A stretch of DNA of 64,000 nt, from the NCBI GenBank assembly GCA_010909165.1, contig MU008155.1, forward strand, positions 496,001 through 560,000, given 5' to 3'. Origin of the DNA: Anthoceros angustus. Its lineage: Eukaryota; Plantae; Anthocerotophyta. Positions within the stretch are counted from its first letter, which is position 1. The number at the start of each line of letters is the position of its first letter. Of the stretch, positions 1 through 13,500 are shown piece after piece. The translations under genes were made by a program, and so were the position numbers. Below the pieces are notes generated by a model. It ran no database searches, was not told the DNA's origin, and was given only the letters and a program-made list of their open reading frames with translations.

Positions 1-138
1 ACTAGAGTCCAAAAAGCCTAGGAATGTGAAAAGAGAAAAATCTGCGCAGGAAAAACTAGCGCACTCGAAAACAAGAGTGTAACGGGCCCAAAAAGAAGAT
101 TGTAAGGAGCCCGAAAAGAAGAGTGGATCGAGCATAGG

Positions 139-180
139 TATGGCATACCAAAGAGGACAGAGGGGACGGACATTTTTTTT
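139..180 (+). repeat. Left terminal inverted repeat (~42 bp)
   Basis: Near-identical to the reverse complement of 36689-36733; preceded by CATAGG (133-138). Confidence 0.85.
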
Positions 181-469
181 CTTCTGCAAAACTTTTGGTG
201 TCCGGTTTGGTAACCCGACCGAAATGGGGTAGCCCAAAGGGGACGCACCAAAGCGGCCACTTCGCGGTCACCGGAAGAAAGAAAGGGAACTTTAGGGTTT
301 TTCCCCGCACTCACTCTGTTTTTTTCTCCCGCACGCATCAAGAAATTTTTTACGCCTGCACTGCGTAGGGAGCGGACGGGTCATAGCCACCCCGCCTGCT
401 TTAGGGTTCATATCCTAAGAGGGGGAGGGTGGTTTAGGTGGCGAGGAACATCACCTTGGCGGGGTTGCT

Positions 470-1020
470 TTCACCGACTCACGGGCGGGCAGGCGGGCGA
501 GGCGGCGAGGCAGGCGGGAGGCGGCGAGCAGGCGGGCAGCGAGGCGAGGGCGGGGCAGGCGGGCAGGCGGGCAGGCGGGCAGGCGGCGGGCGGCGAGGCA
601 GGCGGCGGTGCAGGCGGGCAGGCGGGGCAAGGCGGGCGGTGCGGCGGCGCGGGCGAGCCCGGCCACCAGGCCAGGCGGGCCGCGGCGTGCCGGGCGAGGG
701 TTTCTGCGCGGACGCGGGCGGGCGGGCGGCTGCAGTGCCACGAGGCGGGCAGTGAGCTGCGGTCGCGGCGGCGAGGCAGGCGGGGCAAGCGAGCGAGGCG
801 AGGGCGGGGGCAAGCGGGCTGCGGTGGCCGGGCGGGCCGCGGCGGCGGGCCTTGATGCAGGTGAGGGCAGGCGGTGAAGGAAGGAGGCGGGGCAAGCGGG
901 CGAGGCGGCGGTGCGGGAGCAGGGGCCCAGCAGGGAGGCGGTGCGGCGGCGCGGCAGGCGGTGCGGGCAGGCGGGGCGTGGAGGCGGGCGGGCGGGGCGC
1001 GGCTGCGAGGGGGGGAGGCA
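470..1020 (+). repeat. G-rich low-complexity subterminal tract (GGCGGGCA/GGCGAG-like units)
   Basis: Directly visible; the overlapping Ala/Arg/Pro/Gly ORFs in several frames are a compositional effect. Confidence 0.8.
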
Positions 1021-1399
1021 CCCACGGTAACAGTCCTGCCCATCCCTACACCAAGCACCAACTAACCTCGTCCGCATTTCTTCGTGCCCATGGTGATGCC
1101 GAATTGTTTGATGCTCGTTTTCTTGCAAACGGCTGACACGCAGATGGTTGCCTGGTGCCACTGTAGGTATTGTTCCAGGCTTACTGCGATTGTGGGCGGG
1201 ATGGCAGGCACCGGCCCACCCTCTCCTCCTCACATGCATGCAGCCGCGCCTGCACCATCGTGAGGCGGGCAGCAGGAGGAGGGTTCCACGATCTCCTCCG
1301 AGCTCACCCGATCCTAATATGTGGAGTGAGTTGTTTCTGGTCTTATGACCCCAAGACATCCTGCATGCGAGGGCTTGATGCTGTTGCGACATCACGGAG

Positions 1400-4300
1400 G
1401 ACCACAACGACCTCATCGCCACATAGAGAACTACCCCTTGGACTTGAAGTTCTTTTCGGTGAGGGCGTGGTCGCGGTATTTGGGTGGACTGGACTTCCTC
1501 TGCGAGTGCCTTCCAGTGGGCGCACTATTTCATGCATACCCATTTTGATGGGTGGCCATTGAGTCCTAACGATCAACATGAGGCCTCGCGGTCCAAGCAC
1601 CAGTCAGAGGACTTCAAGGTGGATGGCCAAGTTTCACTCCGACGGCTTGACTCACGGGCTCCACAGGTGGCCTCGGCCTCGCCCCCTCACGGATTTCATC
1701 TCAACGTCTTCTCTGAATTGGGCCTTGCCGCCAACCATGTCTTGTGGGAGGAGATGAGCGACCTCTACATCATCGAGGGGCGGTGATCATGGGGTTAGGG
1801 CTGGTCATGTGCTTTAGGCACCGTGGGCGAGGGTTTTGATAGGACTTGATGTCACGAGGCCTTTACGGTTTAGATTTGTAGGTGTCTTGGATCCACTTCC
1901 CACAGTTTGACTTGACCGAATTTTGGCGCTTTTCGTCATTCGTTTATTCTCACCACTCGGCGGATATACGTGCCTCGTTTTCAACTTGGCCTCGGTTCAT
2001 GCTTGCCGCGCGTCGTGTTCCCTCTTGCATTTTGGCCGCTTTTCCATTCTCCCTTCGCCTTGTAACCCCCCCGGCTTTTGCCCCAGCTTTCCATGTCGTC
2101 ACACTTGCTTATTATGAACCCTACCCCATGCCTTGTTTGATGTGTCTTGGGTCGCGGAACTCACTCCCTCGCCTTTCCTATCCATGTCCACCTCTCTACC
2201 GCTTGCGGTACACAACCCGTGCGTTGCCAACCGCCTCTGCGGCGCACCTCGGATGACAAGTGTTACGAAGAGGTTAAGGGCTCTCCATGTCCACAGTGCC
2301 TTGGTCTTCCTCCACTCCCACACCATATCTTTGCAGTGGGATCCCCGTCGCCTGTCTGGTATCGCTTCGTCACGAGGCGGTACATGTCGGGAGGTAATTT
2401 GTACATTGCAAGCACCTCGTCGCCATGTCCCTCGCCACTTGCATGTCCTCGCACATCCTTTGTCGTCACACTTGTAAGTGAGAACCCATACAGGCTGCCT
2501 TGTTTGATGTGTCTTGGGTCCATGGAACTCACTCCCTCGCCTTTCCTATCCATGTCCACCTCTCTACCGCTTGCGGTACACAACCGTCGTGCCAACCGCC
2601 TCTGCGGCGCACCTCGGATGACAAGTGTTACGAAGAGGTTAAGGGCTCTCCATGTCCACAGTGCTGGTCTTCATTCCACTCCCACACCATATCTTTGCGG
2701 TGGGATCCCCGTCGCCTGTCTACCACCTGGCTGTCACCGCTCGTCACGATACATGTCCGGAGGTAATTTGTACATTGCAAGCACGCCTCGCCATGTCCCT
2801 CGCCACTTGCACCACACATCCTTTGTCGTCAGCGACAGCTGGTGCTCACATTCACGACGGTCTTGGCAGCGTTCACTTATCGGCAATGCAATTGGAGGAA
2901 GCGGTGCCACCTCGGTGCAACGTTGCGGGCGTCTTGTGGTCGGGGACATAGTAGTCGTTGTCGTCCTCCCGTCTACCCCATAGCGGGCGGCCCTACCGGG
3001 CCGGCCCGGCGCTCCTCCTCTGGAAGGCCTCCGGGGCGTGGCTGCTATGTCATCGTCTCCGACCTCATTTTCCTCACCTGCAAGTTCCACACCCGAACGA
3101 AAGTCGCCACCTGTCCTCATGGTGGGCATGAATCTGCGTGCAAGGAATGTATGTGCCAAGGGTTCGTGGTATCCAACTCACAGGCGTCACGGGCTCAACA
3201 TGTACCTCTTGCAGAAGCCCCACTTCTCCTTGACGCCCTCGAGTGCTCGATCCGGCCCACACCCACATCCCACCCCGCCGCATATGTACGCCCACGGGCT
3301 CCGTCCAAATTCTTGACCGCAATCGGCAAGCACAATGCATCCAAATCCCTTCACATGACAGATACCTTACCTTACGATTGTGCACGGATGGCCCCGTGTG
3401 AAGTTCCTACCGTTCTCTCACGGTGCGCGTTGAGTCCTCCTCCACTAGGTTGTGCTCCGCGTCGGACCCGAATCCGCTGCGGGTGACCAAACTCTCTGCA
3501 CCGCCTCACGTGCATACCAGATTGTTCACGCCCGCTTGTTGTCCTCGAGCACCGCCCACGTTATGTAGTCGTGGCCCCATCTATGGCAGCGTGCACCACG
3601 AAGTGGAACATGTACATCTTGTAAATGCGGCTGTGACACTACGCCCGTTAGCTCCCTCTGCGTTCTCCTGCGGCATTTGGACTCATTGACCACCATGGGG
3701 ACCAAGTTCCACACCAACGAAAGTCGCCACTGTCTCATGGTGGGCATGAATGTCAAGGCAAGGAATGTATGTGCCAAGGGTTCGTGGTATCCAACTCACG
3801 GTCCCGGAGCTCCAACATGTACCTCTTGTAGAGAAGCCCCACTTCTCCTTCGCCGCCTCCGAGTGCTCGATCCGCCCACACCCACATCCCACCCCACCAC
3901 CCCACGCCTGCTATGTTCGCACGGCTCCGGAAATTGCGCAGCCGCAATCGCAAGCACAATGCATCCAAATCCCTTCACATGACAACCAAGATGCACCTTA
4001 CCCGACAGCAGATGGCCCCGTATGAAGTTCCTACTTCTCCGCCTGGTTCAGTCCTCCTCCACTAGGTTGTGCAAATCGGACCGAATCCGCTGCGGGTGAC
4101 CAAACCTCCGCACCGCCTCCGCACGCCTGTAGATTGTTCCCGCCCCGCTTGTTGTCCTCGAGCACCGCCCACGCATGGTGTGGCCCCATCTATGGCCGGC
4201 ACCTCAAGTGGAACATGTACATCTTGTCAGACCGCAGAAAGCACTCGCACCCGTTAGCTCCCTCTGCGTTCTCCTGCGGCATTTGGACTCGTGACCACCA

Positions 4301-4600
4301 TGGGGACCAAGTTCCTCAACACTCACGATCCATGTGCCACATGTACATCGTGTTACATTCGTGTCTGCACCGCGAATCTGAGCTGCGCGCATTCCATAGC
4401 CTCCTGCATGGCTGCCAATCTTGCCGTCACCGCACCGCCCGGCCGGCACGCGGTCTTTACCGCACAATCCCAATTCACACCGCGTGATGGTCACATTTTG
4501 TAGGATGAGGTTGCGGGCGTCTTCTAGTGTTCTCGGCGGACCGTAGCATCCTCTCCATCACAGGCGCGTGCACCTCCCCTCTCCGGTGCACATCCCGGCT
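1400..4600 (-). pseudogene. Degenerate MULE-family transposase homologue B (frameshifted, internally duplicated; N-terminal part repeated at ~5660-6350)
   Basis: Minus-strand fragments in the expected order: RGCYGPPRTLED; GCEC..IYKMYMFH; GRTICG; RKVRYLSCEGI; GHG..MAT....TN / YKLP..YRLV....GDGDPTAKIW; VDMDRKGEG; NKAWGRV; MK*CAHWK. They resemble plant MULE/SWIM proteins (GH...D.TFGTN.YKYPL.TL.VFD...G.PVAW; D..E; H..KAW; YF...W). Recognised by eye, no HMM run. Confidence 0.45.
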
Positions 4601-6999
4601 CGCTGCGAGCCCTTCAATGTCCGTCCCGCCTCCTCCGCGATGTTCCTCAAAGTCTCCACTTGAAAGGCGGCCTCCCAGGCCGTTCCTTTCCACACCCTCC
4701 TCGCCGCCCCTTTGAGCTCGGGTGCAGCTGCTCGTCTCCACCTCCGACGCCGCTTTCCTCCCGTCGTCCTCCCCATCCCCCTCCCGTCGTTTCCAGCCCC
4801 GGCCCCATCTCCCCCTCCCCTTCAGTAGCCATCTCCCTCCGCCCGCCACCCCGCCATCGCTCGGCGCCCTCGCGGCCCCCGTCCCTCCTTGCCACCCTCG
4901 CGTTGCCCCTGCCCCGGCCCCTGCCGTCCTCGCACCCAGTTCCTGAGCGGCCCCGGCCCCTGCCTTCCTCCCACCGCGCCCGTGGCACCCTCACTCGTCC
5001 CTCGGACCCGGCCCGCGCCTCCGCCCCGCTCCCTCCGCCCCTTCCTCCCACCCCGCCCGCCCGCCCTCGCCCGCCCTCGCCCGCCCGCCCGCCCGCCTCC
5101 TCCGCCTCCTCGCACCGCCCCGCGCCTCCACCCCGCCTCCGCCCATCCCATCCCTCCAACCCCTTCCGCCACCCCGTTCACTTTGCCCTCCACTCCAGCA
5201 CTCGTCATGACCATCGTCTCCCCCTCCTTGCCGATGCACACCGTCTTGGCCTTCATCGCCGCCCGCCTCCACCCCGCGCCCGTCGCTCGTCCGCCCCTCA
5301 AGGCAATGGAACCCGTCCGTTCTCTGCCGGCGTCCCCATGCTTCTGCGGTGTTCGCGTGCTCGGTGCTATCCTCCCCACGGCTGTCGTCTTAGTTCGCGG
5401 TCCCCAGCGCCGATTCACTACTTGGGCGGCGGGTTCGGAGGCGATCCACTTGTTGTGGCTTTCAACGCCGTGGTTTGCGAATCGACATCCGTATGTCACA
5501 TTATTCCGCCTTCACGGCAAGCAATTGTTTTCGAGATGAATGGCATGTGCCTTATTCACTTGGGCATCGATTCGGGATGATAGGCAGGCCCCATCAGAAG
5601 GACATTGATGCACCTTCGTCCTTTCCACAAATCCACGACACAATGTTCTCTCAAATGTCCCCACCACCCCGTTATGTACGCCAGGCTCGGCGTCCATAGG
5701 TGTGACGCAATCGGCAAACTGATGCATCCAAATCCCTTCACATGACAACCGTATGCACCTTACGATTGTGCAGATGGCCCCGTATGAAGTTCCCGTTCTC
5801 TCATGGCGCTGGTTGATCCTCCTCCACTAGGTTGTGCTCCATCGGACGAATCGCTGCGGGTGACCAAACTCTCTGCACCGCCTCGCGTCGCCACAGATTG
5901 TTCTGCCCGCTTGTTGTCCTCGAGCACACGTTATGTAGTCGTGGCCCCATCTATGCGTGCACCACGAAGTGGAACATGTACATCTTGTAAATGCCTGCGC
6001 ACTCGCACCCGTTAGCTCCCTCTGCGTTCTCCTGCGGCATTTGGACTCGTGACCACCATGGGGACCAAGTTCCCTCAACACTCACGATCCATGTGCCACA
6101 TGTACATCGTGTTACATTACGTGTCTTGCCGAATCTTGCGGCGCATTCCATAGCCTCCATGCAGCTGCTCCAATCGCCTTCTCGGCACACGCCCGGCCCC
6201 GGCCGCGCACAACTGCCTGATCCCAATTCACACCGCGTGATGGTCACATTTTGTAGGATGAGGTTGCGGGCGTCTTCTAGTGTTCTCGGCGGACCGTAGC
6301 ATCCTCTCCATCACAGGCACCGTGCGACCTCCTCAACGTCCGCGGTGCACATCCCGGCTCGCTGCGAGCCCTTCAATGTCCGCCCTCCTCGCCCCTCTGC
6401 GATGTTCCTCAAAGTCTCCACTTGAAAGGCCTCCCGTTCCTTTCCACACCCTCCGCCCCTTTGAGCTCGGGTGCCTGCTAAATCTCCACCTCCGACACTT
6501 GCTTTCCTCCCCTTAGTCCTCCCCATCCCCCCTCCCGTCGTTTGCGCCTCATCTCCCCCTCCCTTCCGGTAGCCATCTCCCCCTCACCGCCACCCCGCCA
6601 TCGCTCGGCGCCCTCGCCCGGACCCCCGTCCCTCCTTGCCCTCGCGTTGCCCTCGCCCGCCCCTCTGGCCCCGTCCCTCGCACGGTTCGCGGTGGCCCCG
6701 GCCCTGCACCTTCCTCCCACCGCGCCGTAGCACCCACGCCCCCTCACTCGTCCCTCGGACCCGGCCCGCTCCCTCCGCCCTCCCTCGCCCGCCCGGCCTC
6801 GTCCCGCCCCTCCCCCTCCCTCCCACCCCGCCCCTCAGCCCGCCCGCCCATCCCATCCCTCCAACCCCTTCCGCCACCCCGTTCCTTTGCCCTCCACTCA
6901 GCGCACTCGTCGACCATCTCCCCTCCTTGCCGATGCACACCGTCTTGGCCTTCATCGCTGCGCCTCCACCCCGCGTCGCTCGTCCATCGCCCTCAAGGC

Positions 7000-7900
7000 A
7001 ATGGAACCCGTCCGTTCTCTGCCGGCGTCCCCATGCTTCTGCGGGTGTTCGCGTGCTCGGTGCTATCCTCCCCACGGCTGTCGTCTTGTTCGCGGTCCCG
7101 GCGCAGCGATTCACTACTTGGGCGGCGGGTTCGACCGGGCGATCCACTTGTTGTGGCTTTCAACGCCGTGGTTTGCGAATCGACATCGTATGTCACATTA
7201 TTCCGCCTTCACGGCCGCTTTCACGAGATGAATGGCATGCCTTATTCACTTGGGCGGTCGATTCGGGATGATAGGCACCCCCATGCGAAGGACATTGATG
7301 CCTTGCCGTCCTTTCCACAAATCCACGACACAATGTTCTCTCAAATGTCCCCCCACCATTTTCCCTCGCTTTCCACCCCACAACTCTCGGTGATAGGAGC
7401 GATGGTGTGTGCACGTTGAAAACGAAACGAGACTCTTTGTACCAGCCCCCGAACACTAGGAATTTCGGGCTCCCATATCTTTGCAGTGCTCGAGGATGGC
7501 GTGGCGACTGCGCCTCCTCTTGACAAAGCTCAGCCTTCTCCGGTACAACACATATGCCTCCCGTTGTCAAGTAGAAAAGGCAACCGACATTGCGGATCGG
7601 CGGCACCCGTCCTCGCCTCGGCGGGCAATTACCATCCGGCCTGCCGTCGGCTGCGAGCCATCCATAGCCATCTCGTCCATTGCCGGTCCACACATCTATC
7701 GGAACCCGTCATGGGCGGTCCGTCTGTATCGTTGCATCCCCACTCCACCGGCGGCCGGCCCGCGCTGCGATTCTGCGCGCATGCTCCCCCATTGCCATGC
7801 ATGGCACTCCGCGATTGCGGTCGAGCGCCGTCACCGTCGTACACTGCGTGGCTGCCGACATCGAACCGACCACGTACACACAGTGCGACCATCGTCACCA
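7000..7900 (-). pseudogene. Possible further MULE transposase core fragment
   Basis: STAKIW at ~7470 uses the same DNA motif (ccatatctttgcagtg) as at ~2325; NHGVESHNKWI at ~7140-7175 resembles the TNN.VES.N..LK catalytic-E motif. Confidence 0.3.
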
Positions 7901-8049
7901 AGCACACCATGACTGGTGGCATCGGCCTCACCACACCACCATTCTTTGGAGATATTACGAGCGGCGGCCGGCTCCATCGCCTTCGCATCCCCTTCTCCTT
8001 TCGCGTTGGACCGCACCAACCCACCAATCCGCCGTTGGCGAGGCTCCTG

Positions 8050-10517
8050 TTCCTCGCAGCCCTCCGCAATTGAAACGCCTCCATGTGCTGGAATTGGTAT
8101 CCTCGGTGCATGTGCTCCAACCTCGGTCGTCCACAATGCATTGCCCACCTCTCATCCGGGTCATCCTCCACTGCATGGTTCCATCCGCGCGCACCAAAAC
8201 CACCCACGCCTCAATCCCGCAGCCCTTGGCTCCTCCAATCCCTCAAGATGTCTGGTGCATGTCCCAGTCCATCCCCTTGCCGTCCCGTATGTCGTCCGTG
8301 GCGTTCCGCCAACCTGCGCGCAACGCCCAATTACATCGCCTTCTTGTTGGCGGTCATCCACGCAGCGCTATGCCGCCACCCGCCTTGCCCTCCTCCTCCA
8401 CGCCCCATGTACCTCCTGCGTTCGCGTCACGCATCGTCGCGCTCACGTGCGCCCGACTGCAAAACCAACGCGCGCCGAGCCGCCGCCGCCCCTGAGGCTT
8501 CATTCCCAGCGTGAATACTATCCTCCACCCCCTGCCGACACTTTGCCCTCTCCCCGTCCGCCCCTGTCAGGACTCTCACACGCACTTCACCCGCCCCGGT
8601 CGGTGCACGGGCCTCTACCCACGAGATTCCTCGACTTCGATGTAGCCGCCTCATGCGTCGTTGCGAGCAGCGCCCCTTCTCTCGGATGGCCAGCCATGGT
8701 TCCACGATTTACAAAACTTGCGCCCGTGCTTGAGTCTTCCTGCAGCGGCGCGGCATATCTGGAACTTCCCTCCTTGCGCCGCCTCCGAAAGACTCCCCCT
8801 CCCCTTCCCCCAACCTCCGCGCCCGCTCACCCGCCCGCCCCGCCCGCCACCCGCCCCGCTCACCCGCCCCGCCGCCCGCCCCGCCCGCCCCGCCCGCCCG
8901 CCCCGGCCGCCCCGGACCACGCTTCCGCCCGCCCCGGCGCCCGCTCCGCACCGGCCCCGCTCCCGCTCCCAGGCCCCCTCCCGGGCGTCCGTCCCATGAC
9001 CCGCCATGACCGCCGACCCGCCCGCCCGCCCCGCGACGCCCGCCCCGCCCCGCCCCGCCGCCGCCGCCCCCCGCCCCGCCCGCCCCGCCCCGCCGTGGCG
9101 CCCGCTCCCGCCCCGGCTTGAGCATCGGCGGCAGTGGCGCCCGCTCTGGTGTGTTCGCTCCTCCTGCGGCCAAAACCGCGGCGGTGGTCGGAGATGCCAT
9201 ATCTTCCTTACATTGTCTTGGTGGGCGGATAGGAGGAAATAATTTGCCTCACGTGGACAATACACTGGCCATGATGCGAAGCCATGCATGCCCAAGGCGA
9301 CATTGCTTGACAGCGAGGCGTGGCACATTTCAAGGGCGTGGGACACCCATCACCCATACCGCACCGACCTCGCCAATTCCTACAATCGTTCGGCCAAGTA
9401 GGCTACGGCATGCCATACAGCATGTTGTGAGAAATGGCGGTGACCACCCTCGCACATAGTGTCCTCGAGTCATACAAATGTAATGTCGGCTGCGTCATGG
9501 CCGTGGGAAGCTGGCTGCCGTCTTCAATGGCACTTGGAACACCATAATTGGCGCCCGTCGCCAAAATACTGTGATCCGTTATGAAGGTGAAAAGTTTAGC
9601 TCTCTGCAAAAAGCCTCGCACCGTCGCCACGAACATGGTCTTCAACTCCTCACGGCATGCCTCAAAAGTAATGGCGTTGATGAAGTCATCCATACCATCC
9701 TTAATGGCCGGAAAAAAAACCGCCCGAGAAGCGTGTTCACAATCGCCGAGGCGCCCTCGCGTCCAAGCTATGGACCACTAACTTTGAACCCATCCCCAAC
9801 AAGCCCTCCAACATGCAAGCACTTTTAAATAACGGCTCCTCCGTCGACCTTTCTGCACTAAGCTCACCTTAACATTTTATTTTGCCCCGTCGTGCAAAAT
9901 GTCAAAAACTCGGATCCCTGCGGTGATGAGGGCAACAGCCTCCTTGATGGCCGCATGTTGTGTTTTTGCACTTCCGACACCCCGACATCGATATCACACC
10001 CATCAAATGAGGGTAACAAGCTTTCATGTCCGCCTTGAAGGCTTTTTCATGAAACCCCGGCGCATCTTGCCACACCTTGTGAACACCGCCCACTGGCTCC
10101 CAAGCGTGCGCGGTGTGGCCCGGTGTCCGTGCACTCGCATGCCCGATCGCAAGCACCATGTACACGAGGTAGCCAAAGCGGGCCTTCGAGGCATGTCGTT
10201 AGAATGAAAGGATGGCATGTCTTGGAAAGAGGAAGGGTTGATGGTTACCATGAACATTACACACAAGCGCCTTACCGCAGTTCGCTCATACGCGACATGG
10301 ACTTCCCTTCTTGATGTGGTCTGCGTCTCGAGCCGGGATGGTCCCTTGCCTCGAACACGCGGTTCATGAACATGGGATTACGCAGTGCCGCCATGCCTCC
10401 CGTCACGGCGTCGGGTCAGGGCCACCCGGCGTCCACCGTCTCGCCTCGGGCAAAGAACCCCCCATGCCTCGCGAATGCACTGCCTTGTGTAGCCAGGGAG
10501 GCAGGCGTTTCCGATAG
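8050..10517 (-). pseudogene. MULE/Mutator DDE transposase A with SWIM zinc finger, 3' part (frameshifted; interrupted by the LTR element)
   Basis: HGNHQPFLF..D..FHSN...FGYLVYMVLAIG; KTQHAAIKEAV....IRVF..LH; MDDFINAITFEACREELKTMF; HYVRGW; SWIM-like CIVDDRGWSTCT..RGYQ.QHMEAFQL (~8080-8150). Confidence 0.55.
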
Positions 10518-10522
10518 CCATG

Positions 10523-13500
10523 TGTGGAATGGTTTTGCATGAAGGCATGAGGCCACATTTACCTCTATGTCGTTATAGTCCTAGGATTCGATCCCAAGGG
10601 AATGGTGTTGTGTCAAGGTGTGCTAAATCTATGGATTCTAGACACCGTGCCCGCTACCCACCTTCTCCATACCTTGCCCAAACCCACCACGTGGTAGACT
10701 CGGCCACCGCGGTGGCAGTTCGATATGGCGGGCCCCTGAGCCGCCTTCGCGAGTCTATTAATCGGCTTCTAACACGGACCTAGGCTATCGGACACCTATA
10801 TCGCCTCACCTTACTTGGAATTTCTGCGATCCTACCACGCTTCCACTCCCCTCGCGTTTCCGATTTTTTTCACGCTCTCACAATCCCTCGGTAGCGCACA
10901 CACTACCTCAGGAACCTTTCCCTTCCCAATGAACTCTCCTCGTCTCACGGGCCACACAGACCCCTCCTTGGCCACACGGACCCCTCCTTGGCCACAGACC
11001 CCTCTCTCATGGAATGAACACACAGTGGCAGCGGTTGGAAAGAGGATCGGGAAGAAAACCCGGTCGGTGCTTGGGCGATTCGCCTTCCGGCGGTTCCGCC
11101 TCAGCCGTCCGCGGCACTCCTACCTCTTTTCGGCCGCGCTACCTTCCGTTACCCAGGCGTGGAGCTTGGCCACTCCGCTCTCGACCATCCGAGATCTTCC
11201 GGCCTTCTTGTGACGGAAGGCGGTCGCGAACCCGTTTGATCTTGACGGGCGTCTCCAATCAACCCCACTCGGCGGTTCGATACGGAAGTTCACACAATAA
11301 ATGCCTTGAGAGACACCCAAAGGGTCTCTTATACATCGGTGTGGTCCAACACGGCTCACTTCTCTTTAGTGTCTAAAATTGTAGCTCCTACCACGGCGCC
11401 TTACCAATCTAAGCAACATGACTCTGGTGATGGAACTCCCTATCCTCTCTGAAAAACCCGGTCCTAGGCTATCGCGACTCCCCTAAAATCAGCGCTGCCG
11501 CCTCGCGATTCTTTGCCTCGCCCTCGGCCCATGGGGACCCCTCTCGCTCTTGACCTCGCCTGATCCGGCGATTTTCCCCCCAACCTCCACCTCGCTCTCC
11601 TGCTGAATTTCCCTCGCGCCTTCCCGCGGACGTTGCCTTTGACCTCTATGTCCATTGTCCGCTCCTCCTCATTTGGACAACCATACGTGTGCTCCTCCCT
11701 CCATGCTCGCTGCGCCTCGCTCATCTCTTCCGGCACCACTTGCGGAGGATAGGCGCCGCTCCTACTCGAAGGAACCAGCGTAGCACTGTGGCGTCAAGAT
11801 GTCTGACCCGTGGTTTACGCCCCTCTGTCCCAACAACCACATACGTTTAGAGTGAGCACCGCTCACCATGCGGCGGCCGAGGGGCATCCTCATCCGGACG
11901 CCGTAGCACTGTCGCCCTTCGTCTGAGGTCCTTACCCTCTCCTCCGTGGACAATCACAGGCGGTGCTGATTCTCGGGGATCATCCCTCCATCTGCGACAC
12001 TCCCGTCGGTGACTTCCCCACCTCGGTTCCCGTTCCACGGCGGTGGCTGGTTTAGCCACCGTGGTGGTTCTTCCACGGTGGTTGTTTGGCTCTGCGGTGG
12101 CATTGCTCGGCCTTTCTTGGTTTGGCCACCTCTCTCTTGACTGGCTAAGCCGTCTCTTTCCGCTTGTACCTCTCCTTCTTGAATTTCTCCAAGGCGCCAT
12201 CGCTTCCACTGCTCTGGACTCGCGAGACCTCATCCACAAGCTCTTCAATTGTAGCATCGCCCCTTGACTGATTTACTAAAGCTTCTGCGAGTGGACATGC
12301 CTTGCTCATGCCTTGCATAAGGCCGCCGCACTCCGTCTGCGCTCCTCGGCCGCCTTGCTCTCGCCTTCGGGCTCTCCAACTTCTCCTTGAGCAACTTCTC
12401 CTGTGGCCTTGCACACTCGGCCAAGTGAGAGCCATGGGCTTGATCAAGGAGATCCGCTGCGTCTGCCATGGCGAAGTCAAACCCAAATCCCAAATTGGGC
12501 TGTCCCTTGCCCATCCGCCTCCACAACAATTCTCGTGTCTGACGGTGTCTCCTATCCCCACCTCGGTAGGACGGTTCGGTGAAATGTCGCCAAAAATGTC
12601 CGGAGCTCGTTGCGGTCTCGGCTGAAGTTAACCCCTCCTCTCCTAGGGGTTGATGCCTTGCCTCTTCCCGCTTCATTCTCCCCTAGCGGCGATTCATCAC
12701 TGGGAGGAGCAACTTGCCATTTCCCTTTACTTTTCCTCCTTTACCCGTTCTGCTGCCGTCTTGACTGGTGACCACAGGTGTGGCTGGGTTCCTCCTCTCT
12801 GCCCTCCCTTCTTCGCCGATCCCGTTCGGCCGTTCGCCCTTCGCTTCTTACCCTTGGAAACTTCCCCACCCTCTTGAACCTTCCGAGCGCACTCCCAAGC
12901 TGGAATCCTTGCGAATCCTCCTTCAATTCCTCCTCTTCTACCTTGAGTTCACGAGGCTTCCAACCATGCGGGCGGACCACGACTTCCAACTCGTTAAACA
13001 CGGAATGCAAATACATGAATCGAAAAGGCGAAATCAAGGAGGGCCGAGGGAAGAAGAGTAAATTCGCCTTCTCCTCCACAGGCTCTTTCGAAAATCATCC
13101 TCCCCAATCAATTTGTGTACCCTTGACCACCTCGTGAAGAAAAACCAAGAAGTGATCCGCCATATGATCCGACTTCCGGTTACATGGAACACAAAATCCA
13201 TTTGGCCAATCCCACCATGCAGACACGAGTTGGCGAGTCACCCACCATTGTTCCTCTCACTTCCCGGGCTTCATGGCGGCGCTGCGGCTTTCAAGGTCTT
13301 CTTTATTTGGGGTCAATCACCAAGCTCCCATCCTCGATGCTTCGCCCCTTTGCTCGAAGAGGCCAAATCCGATTCTGCGGCCTTTTCCTCGCGTCACCCT
13401 CTTGCGACTTGGTCCTTAATTGCGGGCGCACTCTTGCACCAATGCGGTGTCGTAGCACCATTTCTTCTCCATGAACTTGAGACCCGGCTCACACCAGCGC

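Noticed and set aside
133-180. Polinton/Maverick assignment because of the 6-bp TSD and large size
   Set aside because: No protein-primed DNA polymerase, ATPase or capsid motifs. The integrase present belongs to the nested gypsy element.
438-1422. Pro/Arg/Ala-rich ORFs here and at 4647-5580, 6584-7271 and 7916-9346
   Set aside because: Low-complexity GC tracts that are open in several frames at once.
3090-3200. SWIM finger read from GTYIPC..IHAH
   Set aside because: Its position relative to the other motifs suggests the N-terminal region of transposase B, and the frame is unreliable.
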